Source: a virus (lineage: Duplodnaviria; Caudoviricetes). From it: 64,000 nucleotides of DNA. This document shows, piece by piece, positions 25,188 to 33,583 of this stretch (positions are counted from its first letter, which is position 1; every line of letters begins with the position of its first letter). Location of the stretch: the IMG/VR virus record IMGVR_UViG_3300019742_000001, one strand, 5' to 3'. The position numbers were made by a program, and so were the translations under genes. The notes beneath the pieces were generated by a model. It searched no databases. It was not told the origin of the DNA and saw only the letters and a program-made list of their open reading frames with translations.

Positions 25188-25655
25188 TTAAATTATATTT
25201 TGCCACCAACGACCTCTTTGTGGTTGTGGTTGTGGTTGTGGTTGTGGTTGTGGTTGTGGTTCTTGAAAACTATTCACATCCCATACATTTTGTTCTGATC
25301 TATTTCTCCGTTGTGCTTCCCTACGACGAAGTTGTTGTTGTATCTGAACTTCCATAACACGACGAATACGTTCCCATTCCCTTCGTGTCATCATAGGTTC
25401 TTGCCGTCTTACTGGTCTTTGACCTGTATCCCAAGGATCAACAGTTGTACGAACTTGTAATGTAACATCACCTTGAATAACAACACCTTGATTGATAGTT
25501 CCTTGAACTACCCCCCATTGAACAGCTAAATTGTATAATGCCTTTTTATTACTTCTATTTCGTAAAACTATACTCATCTTTTCAGACGGATTTGTTATGT
25601 TAGGGTTTGTATCAGGATGGATTAACTTGACTAGATCTGTAAAACTGATTTCCAT
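25188..25655 (-). CDS. J-domain-like (HPD) protein with QP repeat tail
   Basis: LVKLIHPDTNP...EKM at the N-terminus. Confidence 0.5.
   Translation of the reverse strand: MEISFTDLVKLIHPDTNPNITNPSEKMSIVLRNRSNKKALYNLAVQWGVVQGTINQGVVIQGDVTLQVRTTVDPWDTGQRPVRRQEPMMTRREWERIRRVMEVQIQQQLRRREAQRRNRSEQNVWDVNSFQEPQPQPQPQPQPQPQRGRWWQNII
25218..25261. repeat. (TGGTTG)n hexamer microsatellite, ~7 units, encoding QP repeats
   Basis: Direct reading. Confidence 0.9.
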
Positions 25656-25714
25656 TTGATTTCCTTTCGTTTAAGTAACTCCATTATAGACACATTCAAT
25701 CATATGTCAATGGA

Positions 25715-25757
25715 TAAAAAGATGGGGATTGTATTCTCACACAACCCCCATCTTTCT
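25715..25757 (-). terminator. intrinsic terminator
   Basis: AAAGATGGGGATTGT/ACAACCCCATCTTT. Confidence 0.7.
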
Positions 25758-25760
25758 CTA

Positions 25761-26156
25761 CTAACCCACTTCTGGATCTACTGGTTCAGTTTCTTCTGCT
25801 TTCGGTGACTTCTGTGGCACCTTCTTTGATTTTACACCATGAGATTTAACAATATGCATCTTCAATGCATGATTTGTCTCATAATCAGTTGATTCACACC
25901 AAGGACAAAGTAGTTTTGGTGGTAACTCAACAACCTTTTCCTCTTGTTTCGGACCACGAATCCCATCTAACGCCTTTGATGTAATCGCATGAATTGACTC
26001 ACGTACATCAAAATTATTGATCTTAAATCCTTCGGCTTTATTACCAACCTCTTGCATCAAATATCCCATAGCATCCTCTCTTGATTCTGCCAATAGATAT
26101 AACTTCCATGTTGCATCTTTTGTCTCGTAGCTAATCACAAACACTTGTAATGTCAT
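25761..26156 (-). CDS. C2H2-type zinc finger protein
   Basis: CPWC...LKMHIVKSH. Confidence 0.65.
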   Translation of the reverse strand: MTLQVFVISYETKDATWKLYLLAESREDAMGYLMQEVGNKAEGFKINNFDVRESIHAITSKALDGIRGPKQEEKVVELPPKLLCPWCESTDYETNHALKMHIVKSHGVKSKKVPQKSPKAEETEPVDPEVG

Positions 26157-26386
26157 TCTTTTCCTCCGTTTTCGTTGGTTAACCTACCATATCTGGTGAT
26201 ATATTCAAAATTTCCTTTATTATCTGTTTTAATAACTTCATACCATGACACCTCTTGACCCAAATTTTTTGTTTCTTTTTGGTCAATCATTCTACCACCA
26301 TAAAGGAACTTGGTGTGTAGTTCTGGATTTACCATGTCGGTGAGACAAGGTGTGCATTGTATTTCGTGAAAATCTCTAATATTCAT
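26153..26386 (-). CDS. hypothetical protein
   Basis: Coupled ORF. Confidence 0.6.
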   Translation of the reverse strand: MNIRDFHEIQCTPCLTDMVNPELHTKFLYGGRMIDQKETKNLGQEVSWYEVIKTDNKGNFEYITRYGRLTNENGGKE

Positions 26387-26564
26387 CCTCGGTAAGTTTC
26401 TCCAATCTTAATACTATATCATCCAATCGTTTATCCATCGATACTACAAATGTATTATATTCATCAACAATGACATAAACTTCTTGTAATAGCTTTTTCT
26501 GTACCTTACTTTTCCTCTTTAATTCCAACGTTCTTGTTAACAGTTGTATCTGTTCGTGAGCCAT
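26376..26564 (-). CDS. hypothetical coiled-coil protein
   Basis: RBS GGGG. Confidence 0.55.
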   Translation of the reverse strand: MAHEQIQLLTRTLELKRKSKVQKKLLQEVYVIVDEYNTFVVSMDKRLDDIVLRLEKLTEDEY

Positions 26565-26619
26565 TCATATCCCCCTGTGAAATCAATCACAATTCTTTTT
26601 ATTATGGGTTCCACCGACT

Positions 26620-27714
26620 CTAATTAGTTCCAATTGTATCCAAAGTTTCATCTTCATCTGTAATAAGTCCTGTTAGTTCGGCATTTACGGATGAATACCC
26701 ACTTTGTTGTAATACTTTTTCAATCTCTTTTAATAATGGTTCAATATCAATATCAATCAAGGCATCATAAAAATTCGACTCACCCTGTACTTTCATATCA
26801 AGTAACTCACAAGCATACCAAGCTCCTGATTGCTTAATGAATCCCATTTCAAGACCTAAATCAACTACACCAGCGGTCATATTAACCCCTCGTTTATAAT
26901 CAATCTCAAATACTGCCTCTTGGAAGGGTGGACTGAATCTATTCTTCAATGTTGCAGCATAGATTCTGGTACCCATTACCTTTCCTCGGTCAGCGGCTTT
27001 CTTTGCATTTGGGTTCTCGTAAATACTTGATTTCTTTAGAGTTAATAGATAATCAGCAGCGAGTTTTGGATATTTACCACCACCAATCTGATCAGCATCA
27101 CCATAACCTGTAGGGTTACCATAGTAGTGACCAGCAGAAAATGCTATACTGTCTTGAATCTTAACAATACCAACTAACATTTTCATTATTCGTTTGATTT
27201 TCTTTTGAAGTGTTCCTTGGTCTGCCTTAACATCACCTTTCTTACCATCATCTAACATCTTACGAGATTCTAATGCACCAATACTATCAAGTGCAATTGC
27301 CATCTTTGTGCAACCTGAGTCAATGATATTAGCAAGTTCTACCATAATATCCTCTACCCAAGGTGTGGTGATAATTATTGCCTTTGTTGGATCGATACCC
27401 CAACGAGTTACGAATTCTCCTGTCCATGCACCTTCCGCATCAATGATAACTGGTGTGTAACCTTCTTGTTGTGCGGCGGCTAGGTTCAAACACATGAATG
27501 AACTCTTACCTGATGCCTCTGGTCCAACCAACAATGTATGGGTCTTTTCAGCAACACCTCTATACAATGATCCACTTAGAATTCTATTCAAATCATAAGT
27601 TGGTGTAAATAACCAATTTTGGATATTGGATACCTCTGATTCACTCAACACCATCATCCGTGAACCTTTTGATGATGAACAAAGTTTCGCCTTTATATCG
27701 TCAAAGGCACTCAT
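26620..27714 (-). CDS. uvsX: UvsX/RecA-like recombinase
   Basis: LNRILSGSL, GPEASGKS Walker A, IDAEGA, LDSIGAL, KNRFSPPF, QSGAWY. Confidence 0.92.
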   Translation of the reverse strand: MSAFDDIKAKLCSSSKGSRMMVLSESEVSNIQNWLFTPTYDLNRILSGSLYRGVAEKTHTLLVGPEASGKSSFMCLNLAAAQQEGYTPVIIDAEGAWTGEFVTRWGIDPTKAIIITTPWVEDIMVELANIIDSGCTKMAIALDSIGALESRKMLDDGKKGDVKADQGTLQKKIKRIMKMLVGIVKIQDSIAFSAGHYYGNPTGYGDADQIGGGKYPKLAADYLLTLKKSSIYENPNAKKAADRGKVMGTRIYAATLKNRFSPPFQEAVFEIDYKRGVNMTAGVVDLGLEMGFIKQSGAWYACELLDMKVQGESNFYDALIDIDIEPLLKEIEKVLQQSGYSSVNAELTGLITDEDETLDTIGTN

Positions 27715-27998
27715 TAGATAAACCTCGACAAGTCATCGTTAATAGTATTCAGACGATACTCCAACTCATCCAGTTTTCTGACCAAATATTCCGAATAATT
27801 CTGTGGATCTGTTTGTTTTTCTTCCACGTCATTAGACACAAGAGCATAACCAGACAAACTAACGGTCTTTGAATTGATTTGATTAACAGTCGCATTAATC
27901 TGATCCAATTTACCACTAATAAGTTCTGAAAATACAGGCTGTTTTTCCGATAACACATGTTCCGTGTGTGGTGACCCACTATATACGTCATTTTTCAT
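27714..27998 (-). CDS. hypothetical protein
   Basis: Coupled ORF. Confidence 0.6.
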   Translation of the reverse strand: MKNDVYSGSPHTEHVLSEKQPVFSELISGKLDQINATVNQINSKTVSLSGYALVSNDVEEKQTDPQNYSEYLVRKLDELEYRLNTINDDLSRFI

Positions 27999-28047
27999 AT
28001 TATTCCCTCACATTTTTAATATAACAAATTAAGGTAGTTATGTAAAC

Positions 28048-28809
28048 CTACCTATATTTATTATTTGTATTTTTCACACCTTCTAACATTTCTGACTTAC
28101 ATCCCTTCTCAGACAACCATTCAATCATCATTTCAAGGTTATCAGGGAAACATTTACCACCAAATCCTCTTTTTCCATCAGGACCCGGAACTTCTAAATG
28201 ACTATTACTTATCCTACTATCACCTGAAAATAGTTTGACAGTCTCGTTCCAATCCAAACCACCTACCTCTGTCATATCTCTCATTTCATTCATAAAAGAT
28301 ATTTTTGTTGTGAAATATAGATTTATCATAAGTTTGACAAATTCTGCGGTCTTTGATGTGGTGATTTGTATAGGAACATAGGGAAATCTACATCTATATA
28401 GTTCTTCTATACTATCTACAAACTCACCACCTAGTATAATCCTCTCTTGATTCATAAAATCATTTACGGCTGTCCTATCCGTCAAAAACTCTGGATTAAA
28501 ACAAAAATTATTACCATAAATAGTCTGAATGTGTTCGGTGAATCCGATAGGGACGGTTGTTTTAATTATAAAATTAATGTCATCCCTACCAGATTCATTT
28601 ACAACTAATGATATCACTTCTTCCAATACCGTTTGATTGGGTAAACACAAGAATATGAAATCTCTGTCATACATAACATCAAGAGTAGATGTTGGTATCT
28701 TTTCTGGATCATACATTACTAAGTCTGGTATAACAGAACTAAACGAATGATATACAGCATTACCTATAACACCCATTCCTATAATACCAACTTTGTAATT
28801 ACTTACCAC
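28048..28809 (-). CDS. UDP-glucose/GDP-mannose dehydrogenase family (short form)
   Basis: GIIGMGVIG, FNPEFL, KLMINLYFTTKISFMNE, GFGGKCFP. Confidence 0.85.
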   Translation of the reverse strand: MVSNYKVGIIGMGVIGNAVYHSFSSVIPDLVMYDPEKIPTSTLDVMYDRDFIFLCLPNQTVLEEVISLVVNESGRDDINFIIKTTVPIGFTEHIQTIYGNNFCFNPEFLTDRTAVNDFMNQERIILGGEFVDSIEELYRCRFPYVPIQITTSKTAEFVKLMINLYFTTKISFMNEMRDMTEVGGLDWNETVKLFSGDSRISNSHLEVPGPDGKRGFGGKCFPDNLEMMIEWLSEKGCKSEMLEGVKNTNNKYR

Positions 28810-29644
28810 GACCCATCACCTTTAGTAATTCTTTGACAAATAATTCAATTTCTTGTTCTGATACGGATGGTTCAGGTGTTGGTTCCACGTTAAGTTGACT
28901 AATCACATCGTTCAACATAGACTTAAACACATCTGGTGATGGCGTTTCAGAAGGTGTTTGTAATTCATTGAGTTGATCAAATACATCTTTCAACATAGAC
29001 TGAAACACATCTGTTAGTAGTGATTCACCTTGTTCTTCTGTTACTGGTTGTTCTCCAACAGATTCTTGGTTCTCTTCCATTACATCCTTGAACGCATTAA
29101 CTTCTGCCAGTCTATCATACCCAAGAATGGAATACGAAAGACCCTCTGTGTAATAATCCAACTGATCATGATATTCATCTTCAAAAGGTGACCAGTAAAT
29201 GACGGTTTCAAAACTAAAATCTTCATTGTATTCTGGTTCCTTACCTTCAATCCATGATGGAGTGATACGGTATGTCCTGAAACCAGCACCATAATTAACA
29301 GGATTTTCATCAACAACTACGAGTTCAACACCCTCTACAATACCTTCTGATAAGTATCTTTTATATTGATTCATCTGGTGGATATGCTGATGATTAATAC
29401 GGTTAGATGTTAATGCGAATGTTCCGTGGTCAATGAGTTTTTGTCCCAACTGAATGGCATTTTCACCCCGTAACCACATGGTAATATCATTAATATTAAG
29501 ATACACCTCACGATCTTCATACGATCTTTCACCTGTTTGACCCTGAATATTGAATGTTACGTTACCATTCTCAGGGGATAGTGACGAATATGGGTAAACT
29601 AAAGTTTCCCCTTCCATTTGTTTTTTCATAACTGTTTGTACCAT
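28799..29644 (-). CDS. hypothetical protein with C-terminal DVFxSML repeats
   Basis: Coupled ORF; two DVF(Q/K)SML(K/N)DV repeats. Confidence 0.65.
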   Translation of the reverse strand: MVQTVMKKQMEGETLVYPYSSLSPENGNVTFNIQGQTGERSYEDREVYLNINDITMWLRGENAIQLGQKLIDHGTFALTSNRINHQHIHQMNQYKRYLSEGIVEGVELVVVDENPVNYGAGFRTYRITPSWIEGKEPEYNEDFSFETVIYWSPFEDEYHDQLDYYTEGLSYSILGYDRLAEVNAFKDVMEENQESVGEQPVTEEQGESLLTDVFQSMLKDVFDQLNELQTPSETPSPDVFKSMLNDVISQLNVEPTPEPSVSEQEIELFVKELLKVMGRGK

Positions 29645-30087
29645 TATTGTTTCTCCTTCCAGAAGTGGAAATCATTTCCCATACCATCTGATAAAATACT
29701 ATCTAATTCCATACTACCCGACTTGACAATTTCAATATCCTCTTCACTGTCAACGACAACCATCCGACCAAGAATACCAATTTCAACGGCAACTGGTTGG
29801 TTCTTATACTTTTCCCATGCACATTGACTATAATGACCCATCTTCAAGAAATCTAATTCTTGTTGACCACTACGACTTTGTGTTCCATATCGTTTACTAT
29901 ACTTCTTGACTTGTTCAACACAGGTTTCTACACTATAATCAGTGATCTCATCTGACCCAACATCACCATACTGAGGAACTGTATAATCATTCAAATGATC
30001 TTCCACTGCATCAGCATATTCACGCCATTGTTTTACTCGTTCTGATATCACTTCTTTACCACCACACTCACAAGTTTTTCTAGCCAT
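29644..30087 (-). CDS. DUF3310/T7 gp1.7-like protein
   Basis: KYSKRYG...LDFLKMGHY pattern. Confidence 0.45.
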   Translation of the reverse strand: MARKTCECGGKEVISERVKQWREYADAVEDHLNDYTVPQYGDVGSDEITDYSVETCVEQVKKYSKRYGTQSRSGQQELDFLKMGHYSQCAWEKYKNQPVAVEIGILGRMVVVDSEEDIEIVKSGSMELDSILSDGMGNDFHFWKEKQ

Positions 30088-30240
30088 TCTCTATCTCCTT
30101 TAAGTTTGATAACATTCCACACGTGTTCATATCACACAGAAAACCGTCAACATGAATACAACCAATACTCTTATACACAATACACTGTCTTACTGGATCA
30201 TCCTTTCCAGAAATCAAATCATAAATCCATCCAAAAATCT

Positions 30241-30819
30241 TCATATTCTAAACAATCCTTCGTCAAAATATTTTTCCACTATTGCAATCTTATTTTCCTC
30301 AATATAATCATCTGGTAACATAACAGATCTAAATAAACTTGGTGTGTTCTCAACATCAGAACTTGTGTTTGGTGTTGATACCATAGTTATAATACCATTT
30401 GGTGACACGGATGGTAAGATGTTATCCCACATTTCATTCAATGACCCCGAAAAAGAACTAATCTCATCAATAAAAATACGGTCAACACGTCTACCATCCA
30501 TTCTATACGATGTGTTACTTGAAAATATATCCCTCGAAAACCTTTGTGTATCACGTCCTACTATACGTTGGCACATTAGTTGTACTGTTAATGTCATCAT
30601 ACGATGAGGTGTTATATATACAGAATTTGGAGTCTCAATAAATTTATTAACCAGTGCATATGTTTTACCTGACATTCTTGGTGACCATATACACAGATTA
30701 TCAGTCTCTTCTAAATATCTATCCCACATTTCAGTATAAGGTCTAGTAGCAACATTTTCAAGACCATGTTCGTTATTACGGATTAAATTCTCTATACTTA
30801 ATTCTGTCTCCTGACTCAT
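30241..30819 (-). CDS. stand-alone terminase-large-subunit-like P-loop ATPase domain, C-terminal LFxI tag
   Basis: SPRMSGKT, IFIDE, MVSTPN; no nuclease domain. Confidence 0.6.
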   Translation of the reverse strand: MSQETELSIENLIRNNEHGLENVATRPYTEMWDRYLEETDNLCIWSPRMSGKTYALVNKFIETPNSVYITPHRMMTLTVQLMCQRIVGRDTQRFSRDIFSSNTSYRMDGRRVDRIFIDEISSFSGSLNEMWDNILPSVSPNGIITMVSTPNTSSDVENTPSLFRSVMLPDDYIEENKIAIVEKYFDEGLFRI

Positions 30820-30994
30820 TAGAAACCTCCCTCACCAAACCACACCTTTTACAATAAACCTGTATCAGTGTATATACTCCATCCCGATTGATGTTTGGTT
30901 TGTTACTATTGGGTATAAATTCAACCCATCTGTGTCTGTATGGCACAAAGTCGTGTCCAAAATACTTACATTTTAATGACATCTTTTTTACCAA
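30776..30994 (-). CDS. small hypothetical protein (CxxxGH...CKRC)
   Basis: Typical phage Zn-binding mini-ORF. Confidence 0.45.
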   Translation of the reverse strand: MVKKMSLKCKYFGHDFVPYRHRWVEFIPNSNKPNINRDGVYTLIQVYCKRCGLVREVSNESGDRIKYREFNP

Positions 30995-31463
30995 CCTTCT
31001 TCACCCAAGAAACAAAGAATGGACTATAAGGGCGAAGTTTTACATAATTATCCAAATTCATATCAATAGTTTCTATCAACTCTCGTATGATCCCTTGTTG
31101 TTTAAATCTATCGTCTTCACCCATAATACCACTACAATAATCAAGTGTCTGGTTACCATCAGTACAATGTTTCACAAGAACTTCTTTTATCAACATTAGT
31201 TCGTCTGGTTTGAAGTTAGTAATAATACTATCGGTATTATTAGGTAATTCATCACCCATACTATCATTCAAAACCATATGTCGTTCAATTTCTTCTTGTT
31301 TGGTTGTTAATAGATCAAAAGCTTCATCACTTAACATCCCATCGTCCAACTCACTATACATTTCTTCTTGTATCTTTTTGAAATCTGAGGGTGAAATTGG
31401 AGTAGATTCATGAACTACTTGTGGTACCTCTTCCTTATCCATTAGTAGACTCATCACGGTCAT
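30966..31463 (-). CDS. hypothetical protein
   Basis: Coupled ORF. Confidence 0.65.
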   Translation of the reverse strand: MTVMSLLMDKEEVPQVVHESTPISPSDFKKIQEEMYSELDDGMLSDEAFDLLTTKQEEIERHMVLNDSMGDELPNNTDSIITNFKPDELMLIKEVLVKHCTDGNQTLDYCSGIMGEDDRFKQQGIIRELIETIDMNLDNYVKLRPYSPFFVSWVKKVGKKDVIKM

Positions 31464-31902
31464 AGATTGACTCTGCCATCAGATCTAACCGTTCAGACCA
31501 ACGGTCATCATCAGCATTTTCACTGATTTCTTCATAAAATGTTTGTACTGTCGGTTTTCTTACACCATAAGGCATTTCCTTTTCAAAGTCACAATCTGCA
31601 TGATGCAATCCATGTGAAATAATCCTTACTTTATCACGATCAATCATTTCATCATAAACAGTCTTATCCAAATACAGAATATAGTCCACACCTTCTGGAT
31701 TGGTATTGTCAGCAGAAATATGCCGTAGGATAGGTGACGCTTTATCAAGTTTTACCAATGTATAGGTTCCACCTGATTTTCGTTTCTTCAAATCCATTAC
31801 AACTTCAATGTTACATCCATTAAGTACAGGGAACTTGTCTCTGATTACCTCTTTAACCTTATTTACTACTTGTGATGGTGCTTCCTCAAATCTTGATGCC
31901 AT
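31435..31902 (-). CDS. phage metallopeptidase-like protein (HExxH degenerate: HGLHH)
   Basis: YILYLD...IISHGLHH. Confidence 0.5.
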   Translation of the reverse strand: MASRFEEAPSQVVNKVKEVIRDKFPVLNGCNIEVVMDLKKRKSGGTYTLVKLDKASPILRHISADNTNPEGVDYILYLDKTVYDEMIDRDKVRIISHGLHHADCDFEKEMPYGVRKPTVQTFYEEISENADDDRWSERLDLMAESIYDRDESTNG

Positions 31903-31904
31903 AC

Positions 31905-32195
31905 CTATTCTCCTCCTTCTACATGATCTTTCAATAAATCTTTTAGAATTGTAACTTCAATAGTATCAGGTATAATAATTGCTTTTACTTGACCATCAAA
32001 TAAATCCTTCACAGCACTTTTAATACTAGCAGTAACCTCGTTCAAAATATTACTTGGATACGATTGAGTGTTAATCCGAAAAATTAACACGCTACCATTC
32101 TCTACATCTTCTTTATTAATTGAACCAACAAACTCAATAATTTCTGAGGATGCTGGTGTAGGATTTAACTTGAATTCACTTTTTTCAGTAGCCAT
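31905..32195 (-). CDS. hypothetical protein
   Basis: ORF with RBS. Confidence 0.6.
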   Translation of the reverse strand: MATEKSEFKLNPTPASSEIIEFVGSINKEDVENGSVLIFRINTQSYPSNILNEVTASIKSAVKDLFDGQVKAIIIPDTIEVTILKDLLKDHVEGGE

Positions 32196-32196
32196 T

Positions 32197-32562
32197 TTAT
32201 CTCTTCTCCTGTTTTATATTTTTTAATCGTTCTTTTTCAATTTGTAATGTTTGCACAAAAGCATCTATCTGATCTTCTCCACGAAAAATAAAGGCTCCTT
32301 CCACTTCAATATCTCCACGGAATAGAACCCTAAAAGCACCCTTTATTCGTCGCCATATTGTCCGTAATCGTCTATTCCATCTAGGGGTATCCCATACTTC
32401 ATATACTGACCTACAACCAATCCAGACCTCTAAATAGATATCTTTACATTCTTTGTCAGTACACACCTGAAATGTAAGTGCATCATCACCCATACAAGCA
32501 CAGGATGTTCTCCATACATTGTCATCACCAAGTTTACTAATTTTCTCTATTTCATTTGACAA
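32197..32562 (-). CDS. hypothetical protein
   Basis: TTG start, GGGGA RBS. Confidence 0.55.
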   Translation of the reverse strand: MSNEIEKISKLGDDNVWRTSCACMGDDALTFQVCTDKECKDIYLEVWIGCRSVYEVWDTPRWNRRLRTIWRRIKGAFRVLFRGDIEVEGAFIFRGEDQIDAFVQTLQIEKERLKNIKQEKR

Positions 32563-32688
32563 TTAAGTTTCCCCTTATCCGCTATTTCAATATACTCAAT
32601 TATATCACCAACATAAAACTCTTCCACCCCATTGAATTGTTTAAAAAAATCATACAGTTCTCGTAGTTTTACATCTTTGATTTCATTT

Positions 32689-33108
32689 TCATTTGCCAAT
32701 TAAGTTTCCCTCCAATGTCTCTTCAAACACCAAACACGGTTTCTTTAACTTATCCATTTGTTGTATCATATTCTTTGATCCAGCAGTTCCACCACAACTC
32801 ATAAAGACCATTGCAATATCAGTGTATTTTGCCATATCACCATTTCTAAGATGACCTGCTCGTTTACCATGTCGATCCCAATCAGCAGGAAATTTGGTCA
32901 ATTTCAAACCATACTTCTCTGCTAATTGTTCACCAATAGTATCAACACCTCTTGCTGTTCCACTTACGATTTCAGTAATCTTACCACACCATTCACATGA
33001 CGTAAACATGTCATCTATTAGTTTACACTCATCCAAGGTCATCTGAACTTTTTGGTTATTTACTGTTTTTAATCCAAGATCTCTACTACCAGCAATTATA
33101 CATTTCAT
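32689..33108 (-). CDS. YspA/DUF2493 SLOG-family protein
   Basis: IIAGSRD, IVSGTARGVD, FPADWDRHGKRAGHLRN. Confidence 0.85.
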   Translation of the reverse strand: MKCIIAGSRDLGLKTVNNQKVQMTLDECKLIDDMFTSCEWCGKITEIVSGTARGVDTIGEQLAEKYGLKLTKFPADWDRHGKRAGHLRNGDMAKYTDIAMVFMSCGGTAGSKNMIQQMDKLKKPCLVFEETLEGNLIGK

Positions 33109-33392
33109 ATTTCAAATAGATCCTTATCTTCTTTAAAATGGTCATCTGATGTCGTAATAGGTAAAGGTAAACCACTATCAATATCGTCATATATGGCATG
33201 AAACCAACCACCAGATCTAAATGGTGATGTTTCAGGTAAACCAAAATCTGACATACCACCACACTCAAGAACTACCTCCCTACAAGGATTTTCTCCAACA
33301 TTGATAATTTCCCCATCATTATCAACAATATACATTTTTCCGTCAAACATTTTTCCGTCAAAAGTATTGAAATACCTATCACCCGCCATCAT
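33105..33392 (-). CDS. hypothetical protein, C-terminal LFxI tag
   Basis: Ends DDHFKEDKDLFEI. Confidence 0.6.
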   Translation of the reverse strand: MMAGDRYFNTFDGKMFDGKMYIVDNDGEIINVGENPCREVVLECGGMSDFGLPETSPFRSGGWFHAIYDDIDSGLPLPITTSDDHFKEDKDLFEI

Positions 33393-33583
33393 ATCTGAAA
33401 TAGATCCTCTTCATCTTCAAAATGTTCTGGTACAATAGGTTCTTCTGGTATTGTTGATTTCTGACCAAACATACCTGACAATACATCACCAGAAATTGGT
33501 TGTACTGAAGTAATTTCTGTCATAATAGTTGGATACATATCATACAAGTGATCTGTTCCATAAAGATCAAACTCGTCCATCAC
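33389..33583 (-). CDS. hypothetical protein, C-terminal LFxI tag
   Basis: Ends EHFEDEEDLFQI. Confidence 0.55.
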   Translation of the reverse strand: MMDEFDLYGTDHLYDMYPTIMTEITSVQPISGDVLSGMFGQKSTIPEEPIVPEHFEDEEDLFQI

